A stretch of 64,000 nt of DNA. Origin: an uncultured Poribacteria bacterium. GTDB lineage: Bacteria > Poribacteria > WGA-4E > WGA-3G. Of this stretch, positions 10,011-18,995 are shown piece by piece. Under the pieces are notes generated by a model. That model saw only the letters and a list, made by a program, of their open reading frames with translations, was not told the DNA's origin and did not search any database. Within the stretch, counting starts at the first letter, position 1; each line of letters begins with the position of its first letter. The position numbers and the translations under genes are program-made. The stretch covers positions 4,192,001 to 4,256,000 of the forward strand of contig OX638351.1 of assembly GCA_951813565.1 (NCBI GenBank), read 5' to 3'.

Positions 10011-12371
10011 ATGGAGAATAATAGCATGCAAAAGTCATTTTATCTTTTTCTAATTTTTAGTATGACACTTTTTGTAATTTGGAAACCTCATGCAGGCGCG
10101 AATGTTAAGGCTAAAGAATATAAGGACAAAAATGTTGTGGAAATGCAGGAGATAACGGTGACAGCAACACGTGCCGAGAAAGAACCATTTAAGACGCCAA
10201 ACGCTATTACTGTACTTAATTTAAGACAATTGGAACGTACCAATGCAGACATAGCGCCTAACCTACTGCGAGATGTGGTAGGTGTTTGGGGCCAACAGAC
10301 AACAGTCGGACAAGGTTCTCCATTACTCCGTGGCTTAACCGGCTACCAAACGTTGATACAAGTTGACTGGGTCCGCCTCAACAATTCAACATTTCGTTCA
10401 GGACCGAATCAGTATACGGCAACGCTGGCACCGGAAACTTTGGATCGGGCAGAGGTGCTACTCGGTTCAAGTTCTACACTGTATGGAAGTGGCGCGATGG
10501 GGGGTGTTATCAACCTATTTACGAAAGCGGTCCCGCTAAATCCATCTCAGGAAATGTGGAAAATACACCCTCGCCTCCTGGCGCGATACACGACTGCTAC
10601 ACAGGAACGTCTCGGTAGGTTAGAGGTAACAGGCAGCCAAGGACGATTTGGATTCAGTGTTGGCGGCGGTGTTCGATTCTACGGAGACCTAAATCCCGGA
10701 CGCGGATACGATCTCCACTACAAAAATCGGAAGTATGAAATAGTTGACGAAATGCCAAGCGGTGTGAAACTATATGAATATGATGAAGTCGGCGCGTTGT
10801 CAAAAGATGATATTCCTGAGAGATGGCTCATTGACAATGAAGGTCCGTTGGGGTGGAGAGCCTATGATGCTGATGCCAAAATGGCTTACCAAATTGACGA
10901 AAGAAGAGCAATCAATGTTGCTTATCAGATGTGGCGACAACCACAAACACCACGTTATGATAAAATCGCACCGCAAGAGTTTGACGAATTCTTTTTTGAA
11001 CCGCAAAATCGCGATCTTGTATACGTTAACTATGTGGCGAATCCTGAAATCTCCAGCATTGACCTATACAGATTCACAGGTTCTTTTCAGCGGCAGAAAG
11101 AGGGGCGAAATGAGGTGACGCGCGGTGAAACTTCACGCAGACAACGATATGATACGGTTAAGACCATTGGTATAAGCGCGCAGGCGGTTAGTAGTGTTCT
11201 TCCCCGACAACGTTTGGTGGGTGGTGGTGAATTTTACTTAGACATGCTGCAAAGTCGTACTGTCAAAACTGATCTTGAAACAGGGAAAGAAACTGTTGAC
11301 GAAAACCTTGGACGATTTATCAACGGTTCTCAGTTTTGGGATGTGAGCTTGTTCCTTCAAGATGAAATAACGATTCACGAACGTGTAGAACTTATCCTCG
11401 GTGGACGTGCAACACTTTATCAAACCAATGCGGACCTTTCTATTCGAGATAAAAGTTTTGATGAATTCAATGAATTGGATAACAGTTTGACAGGAAGTGC
11501 TGGGGTGGTTGTCGGTTTGACAGATTACCTGAACTTTGTAAGTAACTTTGGTACAGCATTTCGCGCGCCATCGTTGAATGATACAACAGCAGTGGAAGTT
11601 ACCAATGAGGGGATAACGGCACCAAGTCCTGATCTTGAAGCGGAGACTTCGTGGACAGTTGAGGGTGGTCTCAAGGCGAAACATTCCTATTTTCGTGGTG
11701 CGCTAACGCTGTTCCACAGAAGGGTTAACGGCTTAGTTACGCGCAAACCCGTTCAAGAAGCTTATGAAGGCAAGACACTACCGCAACTCCATCAAGACCT
11801 AATAAACCAGTACGAGGGGATTGACGTGCTGGTGTTTGACAACGTTGATGAGGCACAGTTTCAGGGCGTTGAGTTAGCAGGGGTGATTCCGATTCACTCT
11901 GCTTGGTCGGTCTACGGGAATGCAGCATTGATACGTGGAGAAGTGCTTTTGATTAACGGCGTAGAACCTGATCCTGAGAAACCTTGGGAGACACGTACTC
12001 GTAGGGAACCGCCTTTGAACGGTGTGGTTGGAATCCAGTGGGAACCTGTGAATACACAGTATTGGGCAACGCTATTTGTGCGGGGTGCTGCGGAACAGAG
12101 ACGCCTAAATCGAAGCGACATACGCGACCCTCGGATACAAGGATCAACACGTGATCCAGCAGAAGTCGAATTTGACGACAACGGGAATGCAGTTGATGCA
12201 GGCACACCGGGATGGTGGACACTTAACGTGCGTAGCGGTGTCAAACTCTTTGACTATACGCGTTTGACGTTATCGCTTGAGAACTTGCTTGATAAACGTT
12301 ATCGTCCGCATGGGTCAGGTGTGAACGCCCCTGGTTTTAATATAAGCGTGAGTTTAGACAATCGGTTTTGA
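10011..12371 (+). CDS. TonB-dependent outer-membrane receptor
   Basis: Signal peptide, TonB-box-like EITVTATR, plug motifs LLRGL and LYGSGAMGGVINL, barrel AFRAPSL and LENLLDKRY, C-terminal F. Confidence 0.92.
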   Translation: MENNSMQKSFYLFLIFSMTLFVIWKPHAGANVKAKEYKDKNVVEMQEITVTATRAEKEPFKTPNAITVLNLRQLERTNADIAPNLLRDVVGVWGQQTTVGQGSPLLRGLTGYQTLIQVDWVRLNNSTFRSGPNQYTATLAPETLDRAEVLLGSSSTLYGSGAMGGVINLFTKAVPLNPSQEMWKIHPRLLARYTTATQERLGRLEVTGSQGRFGFSVGGGVRFYGDLNPGRGYDLHYKNRKYEIVDEMPSGVKLYEYDEVGALSKDDIPERWLIDNEGPLGWRAYDADAKMAYQIDERRAINVAYQMWRQPQTPRYDKIAPQEFDEFFFEPQNRDLVYVNYVANPEISSIDLYRFTGSFQRQKEGRNEVTRGETSRRQRYDTVKTIGISAQAVSSVLPRQRLVGGGEFYLDMLQSRTVKTDLETGKETVDENLGRFINGSQFWDVSLFLQDEITIHERVELILGGRATLYQTNADLSIRDKSFDEFNELDNSLTGSAGVVVGLTDYLNFVSNFGTAFRAPSLNDTTAVEVTNEGITAPSPDLEAETSWTVEGGLKAKHSYFRGALTLFHRRVNGLVTRKPVQEAYEGKTLPQLHQDLINQYEGIDVLVFDNVDEAQFQGVELAGVIPIHSAWSVYGNAALIRGEVLLINGVEPDPEKPWETRTRREPPLNGVVGIQWEPVNTQYWATLFVRGAAEQRRLNRSDIRDPRIQGSTRDPAEVEFDDNGNAVDAGTPGWWTLNVRSGVKLFDYTRLTLSLENLLDKRYRPHGSGVNAPGFNISVSLDNRF

Positions 12372-12391
12372 GGATTTTCTTTTACGGGACA

Positions 12392-12523
12392 GCTATAGTA
12401 AAACCTATTATTCATGCATTCCCGTGTTGATTGGGAAACGTTGTAAATGTAAGAGGCGCAATGAATTGCGCGACTACAAACAGGCATCCAAAGAAATATA
12501 TGGGCATTTAGATTTACTATAAC
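12392..12523. mobile_element. Miniature element with TATAGTAAA-type inverted ends carrying a GCGCAATGAATTGCGCGACTAC hairpin
   Basis: gctatagtaaaacct ... agatttactataac imperfect IR between convergent genes; the same hairpin occurs at about 31803 and 40215. Confidence 0.55.
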
Positions 12524-12534
12524 GTGCCTGCAAA

Positions 12535-13047
12535 TTACTGGACATGAAATTTCTGTTTGATAAATTCCACAACAACCGGCGGCACCATTTCCAACAACTT
12601 TTCTTCACTTAATTTGCCTTGCCCCATTTCCACAACCTCCATCACGAGCGTTGAGCTGATATGGGCGTATTGTTTATTTGCAACCATAAAGAGCGTATCA
12701 ATCTCATGGGCGATCTGCTGATTCATCCGTGCCATTTTGAATTCCCATTCAAAATCGGAGATTTCGCGTAGTCCACGAATGATGGCACATGCGCCGCGTG
12801 TTTGCGCGTAATGCACCATCAAACCAGCATCGCCAGCAATAGTGGCTTTCGGGTAAGGTTTGATGACCTCTTCAAGCATTTGGATGCGTTCTTCAATCGT
12901 GAACCGCTCTTGTTTTGCTGGGTTCACGCCTATAACGACGACGAGTTCATCAAAAACATCAAGCTTACAAACCCGATCAATCAAATCCACATGACCGAGT
13001 GTGATCGGATCGAAACTTGCTGGGAAGATTGCGATTCTTTTGGACAT
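12535..13047 (-). CDS. coaD: Pantetheine-phosphate adenylyltransferase
   Basis: FPASFDPITLGHVDLI, IRGLR..SDFEWE, ISST. Confidence 0.95.
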   Translation of the reverse strand: MSKRIAIFPASFDPITLGHVDLIDRVCKLDVFDELVVVIGVNPAKQERFTIEERIQMLEEVIKPYPKATIAGDAGLMVHYAQTRGACAIIRGLREISDFEWEFKMARMNQQIAHEIDTLFMVANKQYAHISSTLVMEVVEMGQGKLSEEKLLEMVPPVVVEFIKQKFHVQ

Positions 13048-13069
13048 CTGTTCTCCTTTCTTTTATATT

Positions 13070-15031
13070 TTAAGGTTCTTTATCTTTAATACGGAATTCT
13101 CGTGATGCTATGTTTCCGTGCATATCAATCATCCGAAGTGCAACAGTTTTTATCTCGGGATCAGAAATCTCAAATTCAACAGTTGCCTTATCTTTACCTT
13201 CTAATGCTTGACATTCATAAAACTTTTTCCTCCACCGTTGATTTTTAATATCTATTGGTACAAACAGTTGTACTTGGTGTATGCCATCCATATCAGCAAT
13301 CGAAAATTGGAAAAGTCGTGAGTCTGAAGTATCCACCTGTGACACCTTCATCTCAATCTTCGGTCGTTTGTCAAAGAAAGGTTGATTTGGATTAAGGAAA
13401 CGACTCCTGTCCAACCATTCAGCCTCACATTTGGATAATTTCATCGCGTTGATACGAGTCAAAAAGTTAGGCACCAGTTTACGATCAACATTAGGTAAAT
13501 TAAAAGCAGACCGTAATAACTCATAAGCAACTGTGTCGTGATTGACAGTTCTTGCAGAAGCATATATCAGTTGACCATAATTTACCCCTTCAATCTTCTT
13601 CCCTCTGATTTTGTTTGAAGTAGTGCCTCTAATCCAAGGATAGTACTCAAATGTGTTGTAGCGGTATCCAGCAAAGTTATTCTGACGCGAAAAATTGAAA
13701 AACGAATTATAATCATTCGACACAGCAAGCCATGTAACGTTTGAAAAATCGAGGTTTTTGGTTTGCTCTGCTTTGATTAGATAGATTTTTGCTTTTCCAT
13801 TTTCATCGGTTTCAAACGTAAATGTTTTTCTACCGAATCCATGTCTTTCCATCTCATCGGCGTAATATTTTTGAACCTCTCTTATCATTCTATCCAGTTT
13901 TGAGGAAATACCGTTTTGCGGATTTTCCCCGGGACCTATAATATACATTATCTTGATTACATCAAATGAAGTGGTAACTAACTCTGATATGTTAGGTTTA
14001 AATCGCCACAAACGGAGAAAACCGTCCTCCCCGCCAGTGGCAAGCATTTCCCCGTTGTATGAAAACGCAACACCCCATGTCTCTATGGGCAACGAGGTAA
14101 TTGGTGCACCATTTGCGGCTAATCTCAATTCTATACCTTTGCCCATAATAGGACTTGGATTAGCAAACGCACACATCTTTCCATCTGGCGAAAAAGCCAA
14201 ACCTGCAATTAAACCACGGTTTATTTCACCGTGATGTTTCCACTCAGGTACCGTCCACAAGATACAATTTGCTGAATAGGCACAAATTGCCAAATATCGG
14301 TTGTCTGGAGAAAACTTGATAGTCTCAATTCGTTCATGAGAAGTTTTCAATTCTAAAGTTGGTTCTAATGTTTTTACAAGTTGCTTGCTTTGGAAATCCC
14401 ATACGTTTACAGTTCCGTTATTATGTGCGGATGCAATCCACTTTCCATCTGGAGAAATATCTAAAGCCCGCGCGCCCCAATTATGAATGCCTTCTGGTGG
14501 TTCGTACGGTAAAATTCCTATCTCTGTTAGGTTGTCCGGATCACGGATATCCCAAAGTTTTACATGTGCTTTAGGAATCGCAAGTATATTTCCATCTGGT
14601 GAAAATGCTATTTGTCCGCTTGAACCATTCAGAGAATTCAATTTCTTACCCGTAGCAACATCCCATAATATTACTTTAGAAAAATCTGAACTTACAAGCA
14701 ATTTTCCAGAAGGTGAGAAAGTTATCAGTGTACTTAATGCAGGATGGCTAAATATTCTGACAGGATTATTTGAGTCGTTTGTATTCCACAATTTAACAGT
14801 GCCATATTGATCAGCAGTCGCTATTATAGACGAATCGACAGGTGAAAAAGCAACGGATTTTATAGATGGTCCGTTATGAAATTTCGCGATAGGTTTAGGT
14901 TTTTCAGGCAGCTGCGCGAATGTCTGTGGGAGGAATTCCTGATGCTGCGGACGTGAGATGAAATACAATACAACACTAACGATTGCAATTGCCAAAATTA
15001 CAAATAAGAGTGTTATTTTTTTATTTTTCAT
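13070..15031 (-). CDS. Membrane-anchored WD40-repeat protein with degenerate zincin-like C-terminal region
   Basis: N-terminal TM; repeated FSPDG..A...V..WD units; VAYELLRSAFNL resembles a decayed AHELGHAFGL. Confidence 0.8.
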   Translation of the reverse strand: MKNKKITLLFVILAIAIVSVVLYFISRPQHQEFLPQTFAQLPEKPKPIAKFHNGPSIKSVAFSPVDSSIIATADQYGTVKLWNTNDSNNPVRIFSHPALSTLITFSPSGKLLVSSDFSKVILWDVATGKKLNSLNGSSGQIAFSPDGNILAIPKAHVKLWDIRDPDNLTEIGILPYEPPEGIHNWGARALDISPDGKWIASAHNNGTVNVWDFQSKQLVKTLEPTLELKTSHERIETIKFSPDNRYLAICAYSANCILWTVPEWKHHGEINRGLIAGLAFSPDGKMCAFANPSPIMGKGIELRLAANGAPITSLPIETWGVAFSYNGEMLATGGEDGFLRLWRFKPNISELVTTSFDVIKIMYIIGPGENPQNGISSKLDRMIREVQKYYADEMERHGFGRKTFTFETDENGKAKIYLIKAEQTKNLDFSNVTWLAVSNDYNSFFNFSRQNNFAGYRYNTFEYYPWIRGTTSNKIRGKKIEGVNYGQLIYASARTVNHDTVAYELLRSAFNLPNVDRKLVPNFLTRINAMKLSKCEAEWLDRSRFLNPNQPFFDKRPKIEMKVSQVDTSDSRLFQFSIADMDGIHQVQLFVPIDIKNQRWRKKFYECQALEGKDKATVEFEISDPEIKTVALRMIDMHGNIASREFRIKDKEP

Positions 15032-16187
15032 TTAGTTCTCTCAAATCCCATAGACTTAGAACACCACCGTAACCACCACCTGCAAGCGTGTTACCGTCAG
15101 GAGAAAACTCAATCACACTACTGCCGATAAGACCTCCTTTTTGAAACAGAGCAATAGGGACAAGGTTTTCTACGGACCAGAGGGTCACCCCTTTAACATC
15201 AGCGACTGCATACATTGTGCCATCTGGTGAAAATGCTATATCTCTTATGCTTTTCTCAGGTACTTCGTGGTAAATATTCCATTCAGGAAGTGACCATATC
15301 GTCATTCCTTTCTCACCTGCAATAGCAAAAAAACGGTTATCTGGTGAAAATTTTATAGTTCGGATATCTGGGTGATATTTTTCAAGTACAAGGTCTTTTG
15401 TAATTTCTCTTTCTAAAATCTTGAAAAGTTGTTTGCTCTGTAAATCCCAAACTTTTACTTTATCAGTCCATCTTTTCTTAGTTTGGTCATATATCTGCCC
15501 ACCCGCTGCGATCCATTTTCCGTCATGTGAAAAGTCAATAGTTTTAAAAGACTGATTCACTGTTGCATTGTGATGTTTGACCCAACTATTATAATTAGAA
15601 CTTTTTACACTCACTTCTTCGTGTGATATGGACTGTTCACCCATTTTTACTGGTAAGATAAATAACTCTGAAATCTTGTTAGGGTTGCTGATATCCCACA
15701 GTTTCACATCTCTCGTTCCAGCTGCGAGATAATCATTCACAGGTGAAACAACGCCAGTGCTTGAGGGAGTTTCTAATGTATTTATCCTTTCTCCTGAAGA
15801 CGCATCCCATATTGCAATCATCCAAAAATCTTTACTGACAAGCCATTCGCCTGTCTGAGAAAAAGTGATATATCTAACTCCAGAAGTACCGCTTTCATTT
15901 GTGGGATGATTCGTTAACATAAGTTCTAGTGAATCTGTATTGTTAAGGTTCCACACCTTTACTTCGTTTCCCTCGCCTGCACTTGCAATAAGGTTTGGAT
16001 TCTTTGGAGAAAAGGCAATAGCGTTTATCCAAGTACCATGGTTAAACGCAGCAATCGGCGGAATCGGTCTCATCCGTTCCAATATCGTTTCTTGATTATC
16101 GTTCCACTGGCGCCATGTTGAAAGCCCTAAAAGTCCTATAGCAATTACAATTCCTATAAACAGGATTAATATTTTTTGAGTCTTCAT
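15021..16187 (-). CDS. Membrane-anchored WD40-repeat protein
   Basis: N-terminal TM; multiple FSPDG/VKVWD repeats; overlaps the downstream WD40 gene by 11 bp. Confidence 0.85.
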   Translation of the reverse strand: MKTQKILILFIGIVIAIGLLGLSTWRQWNDNQETILERMRPIPPIAAFNHGTWINAIAFSPKNPNLIASAGEGNEVKVWNLNNTDSLELMLTNHPTNESGTSGVRYITFSQTGEWLVSKDFWMIAIWDASSGERINTLETPSSTGVVSPVNDYLAAGTRDVKLWDISNPNKISELFILPVKMGEQSISHEEVSVKSSNYNSWVKHHNATVNQSFKTIDFSHDGKWIAAGGQIYDQTKKRWTDKVKVWDLQSKQLFKILEREITKDLVLEKYHPDIRTIKFSPDNRFFAIAGEKGMTIWSLPEWNIYHEVPEKSIRDIAFSPDGTMYAVADVKGVTLWSVENLVPIALFQKGGLIGSSVIEFSPDGNTLAGGGYGGVLSLWDLRELNEK

Positions 16188-16516
16188 TGTTTTTTCTTCG
16201 GGGAACATCAATTAAGTATCAACGTGAGATTTGCCAAACCGTAGGTAATCAACGACAAATCAAGAAATCTCAGGTTTACAAAACTCTCCAACAAGAAATT
16301 CAGGACTATATTGACACCTACGGGTTTCATGCTGTCAAACCCAACCTTGTTCTACATTTGGAATTTTACTATCTAAACCTAAGTTGCTACGGACAAGATT
16401 TCAAGCTTGTAGACATTGCTTTTTACTGAAAAACAAGGATTTCCAGCTAATTCTTATGCTTTCTTTTTTAAATCGGGGTTAGAAACCCCTCCTACAAGAG
16501 CATTCGCGATATAGGT

Positions 16517-16678
16517 AACGTGAGTTTGATAATTAACTGGACAGGCAAAAATTGAACAGAGAACGGGCATATTTGCTGAAAAAATCGTTATTTTGGTGTT
16601 TTTAACCCCCTAAATCCCCTTATCAGAGGGACTTTAAGAGGAAATGTGGAAGTTCTAACTATTTATCAAACTCACGTT
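16517..16678. mobile_element. Miniature TIR element (AACGTGAG family), copy 2
   Basis: Perfect 16-bp TIR AACGTGAGTTTGATAA / TTATCAAACTCACGTT; 6-bp direct repeat ATAGGT on both flanks; interior has ccccctaaatccccttatcagaggggactt. Confidence 0.85.
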
Positions 16679-16770
16679 ATAGGTAGCAACTTGGGTTATC
16701 TAACTCCAATTATCATAACACATGAAAAGGAAAAATGTAAGGTCATTTCAGAATTAGCCAAAAATTTACC

Positions 16771-16799
16771 TTGCCTCTTTTTTGTGGATTTGCTATACT
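16771..16799 (+). promoter_or_regulatory. Putative sigma70 promoter for the LamG-like pair
   Basis: TTGCCT-17 bp-TATACT with extended -10 TG. Confidence 0.5.
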
Positions 16800-16905
16800 A
16801 TCTCCAATAATGGTTAATGTTGTTACAATTTTGTAATGAATAGTTCTGCAGCCTGCTACGGAAAGCAGCTGTTAAACCTGATAGTGAAAATAGGAGAATT
16901 ACGGA

Positions 16906-17670
16906 ATGAAAGTTCATAACATTTTCGCGGTATTTGTTGTATTGCTGATGTTGACTGTATCAATATCAGGATTTGCAGTGGTACAAGAAAAAAACCTTGT
17001 TGGTTGGTGGCTCTTTGATGACGGGTCAGAAGAAACAGGTAACTGGGATGATATTGCTCTCCAAGGTGCTAAATTCGAGAAAGGGCAATTAGTCGTTGAA
17101 ACTGGAAAATGGGCACATGCTTTGGGCTATAAAGGTCCCGATATTACGGAATTGAGTTTGGTGACTTGGGTTAGTTTGGACAGTTACGCGAAGACAAACG
17201 GTTCGGCACTCTGCTTGGATAAACGGACCATAGATCAATTTTGTGCGATCGTCTGGGCAGAGAGGGTAGAAAAACAGTGGATGCCAGGAAGTAGTCATTT
17301 TAGGCGTACAGCAGATTTTCCTAAAGCTGTCACTGAAAAAGAAACTGGAGAAATGGTTTTCTTGGTAATCACCTATGAGGATGTCAACGGTCAGTATGAG
17401 ATTACCGGTTATCGTAATGGTGAAAGCCTTGGTGGTTTCAAGGCAACTACGGGACTCAGAACATGGCCTAAAGATGATGCCGAAGCGATTTGGGGTAAAC
17501 GTCATGTCAACGGGCTTGCTGGACCTGGCGAACTCAATGCACATATTGAAGAATCTCGAATTTACAATATCGCATTAACAGAAGACGAGGTCCAAGCTAT
17601 TGGCAAAGGTGATCTTCCAGTAGAACCACGTGGTAAACTCGCCACTCGTTGGGCGAAGATAAAAAGGTAA
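16906..17670 (+). CDS. Secreted LamG/concanavalin-like jelly-roll protein, paralog 1
   Basis: Signal peptide, LVGWWLFDD, IEESRIYNIALTEDEV, tail PVEPRGKLATRWAKIKR. Confidence 0.8.
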   Translation: MKVHNIFAVFVVLLMLTVSISGFAVVQEKNLVGWWLFDDGSEETGNWDDIALQGAKFEKGQLVVETGKWAHALGYKGPDITELSLVTWVSLDSYAKTNGSALCLDKRTIDQFCAIVWAERVEKQWMPGSSHFRRTADFPKAVTEKETGEMVFLVITYEDVNGQYEITGYRNGESLGGFKATTGLRTWPKDDAEAIWGKRHVNGLAGPGELNAHIEESRIYNIALTEDEVQAIGKGDLPVEPRGKLATRWAKIKR

Positions 17671-17704
17671 TAATCTTTTTGAAACAGGTCAAGATGAGTT
17701 ATAC

Positions 17705-17736
17705 GGTTTACCTGAGTCTACTGACTTAGGTAAACC
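17705..17736 (+). other. Intergenic 14-bp stem-loop between the LamG paralogs
   Basis: GGTTTACCTGAGTC-TACT-GACTTAGGTAAACC; no U-tract, so not clearly a terminator. Confidence 0.5.
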
Positions 17737-17767
17737 ATCAAATTTAAATCAAAAAGGAGTTGTTTCC

Positions 17768-18535
17768 ATGAGAACAAAAATTTACTGTGTATGTGCGGTG
17801 TTGCTAATGGTTGGCATGCCGATGTCAGTTTTCGCTCAGGTACAAGAAGATAACCTCGTCGGTTGGTGGCGGTTTGATAGTGCGAAGGAAGAAACAGGTA
17901 ACTTTGGAGATGTTGTCCTTCATGGTGGTGCTACGATAGAAGATGGCCAATTGGTTGTTGCTAATGGAAAATGGGCACATTCCTTGGACTACACGGGTCC
18001 CGACATTACAGAACTAACACTGGCATCTTGGGTTACTTTGGATGATTACGCAAAAACAAACGGTTCCGCGCTTACCTTGGATGAGTTGTCAACAGATCAG
18101 TTTTGCGGAATCGTTTGGGCTGAAAGGGTTAATAAACAGTGGATGCCGGGAAGTAGTCATTTCCGCCGTACGGATGATTTCCCTAATGCTGTTACTGAGC
18201 CAGAAACAGGCGACAGAGTTTTCATCGCTATCACGTACAAGAACGTTAACAACCAATATGAGATCACTGGTTACCGAAACGGTGAAAGCATGGGGAGTTT
18301 CAGTAGAGGCGATCTCAGAACTTGGGAGGCAGGTGATTCTGAAGCAATTTGGGGTAAACGGCATGTAAATGGACTTGCTGGTCCTGGCGATCTCAATGCT
18401 CACATTGAGGAATCCCGAATCTACAATGTCGCTTTGACTGCTGATGAGATTATGAGTTTGCATATTGGCGCACTTACACCAGTTGAACCACAAAGTAAAC
18501 TTGCCACCCAGTGGGGCGCACTCAAAGCCAAATAG
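17768..18535 (+). CDS. Secreted LamG/concanavalin-like jelly-roll protein, paralog 2
   Basis: Long identical blocks with paralog 1 (QWMPGSSHFRRT, EAIWGKRHVNGLAGPG); tail PVEPQSKLATQWGALKAK. Confidence 0.8.
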   Translation: MRTKIYCVCAVLLMVGMPMSVFAQVQEDNLVGWWRFDSAKEETGNFGDVVLHGGATIEDGQLVVANGKWAHSLDYTGPDITELTLASWVTLDDYAKTNGSALTLDELSTDQFCGIVWAERVNKQWMPGSSHFRRTDDFPNAVTEPETGDRVFIAITYKNVNNQYEITGYRNGESMGSFSRGDLRTWEAGDSEAIWGKRHVNGLAGPGDLNAHIEESRIYNVALTADEIMSLHIGALTPVEPQSKLATQWGALKAK

Positions 18536-18548
18536 TTCTTTATTTGAT

Positions 18549-18922
18549 GTAGGCGTGGTTTGAACCGCGCCTACAAGATTATTTCCATCATCTAATACCA
18601 TTTCTAATATATTATGTGTCATTTGCAAGAGTATTTTGTAGGAGCGACCAGGAGGTCGCTCCTACAGAAGAAAATCGGGGTTGAAAACCCGACAAATGCC
18701 AAAAAGCGCATTTGGTGTTGATTTGGCAGCATGCCGGACGCGCATGCTGCGTTGATTCGCTCCCACAAGAGGGTATATCCTTAAATTGACGCATAAGGTA
18801 CGTTTTCCTAACTGCTCCATAAATATGAATCAAGTTAATGTGGTATTATGTGTGATTTGCAAGAGTATTTTGTAGGAGCGACCTCCTGGTCGCGACCAGG
18901 AGGTCGCTCCTACAGAAGAAAG
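18549..18922. repeat. REP cluster: GTAG hairpins and a ~60-bp direct repeat bracketing an 84-bp miniature element (18712-18795)
   Basis: tattatgtgt(c/g)atttgcaagagtattttgtaggagcgacc...aggaggtcgctcctacagaagaaa occurs twice; the 84-bp element is near-identical (reverse complement) to 44357-44440. Confidence 0.75.
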
Positions 18923-18995
18923 GTATCTTCAGCAGACAATAACAGTTGAATCTCTTAATGAGAGAGTATTTTTTAGAATTGGTATAAGTAAGTTA

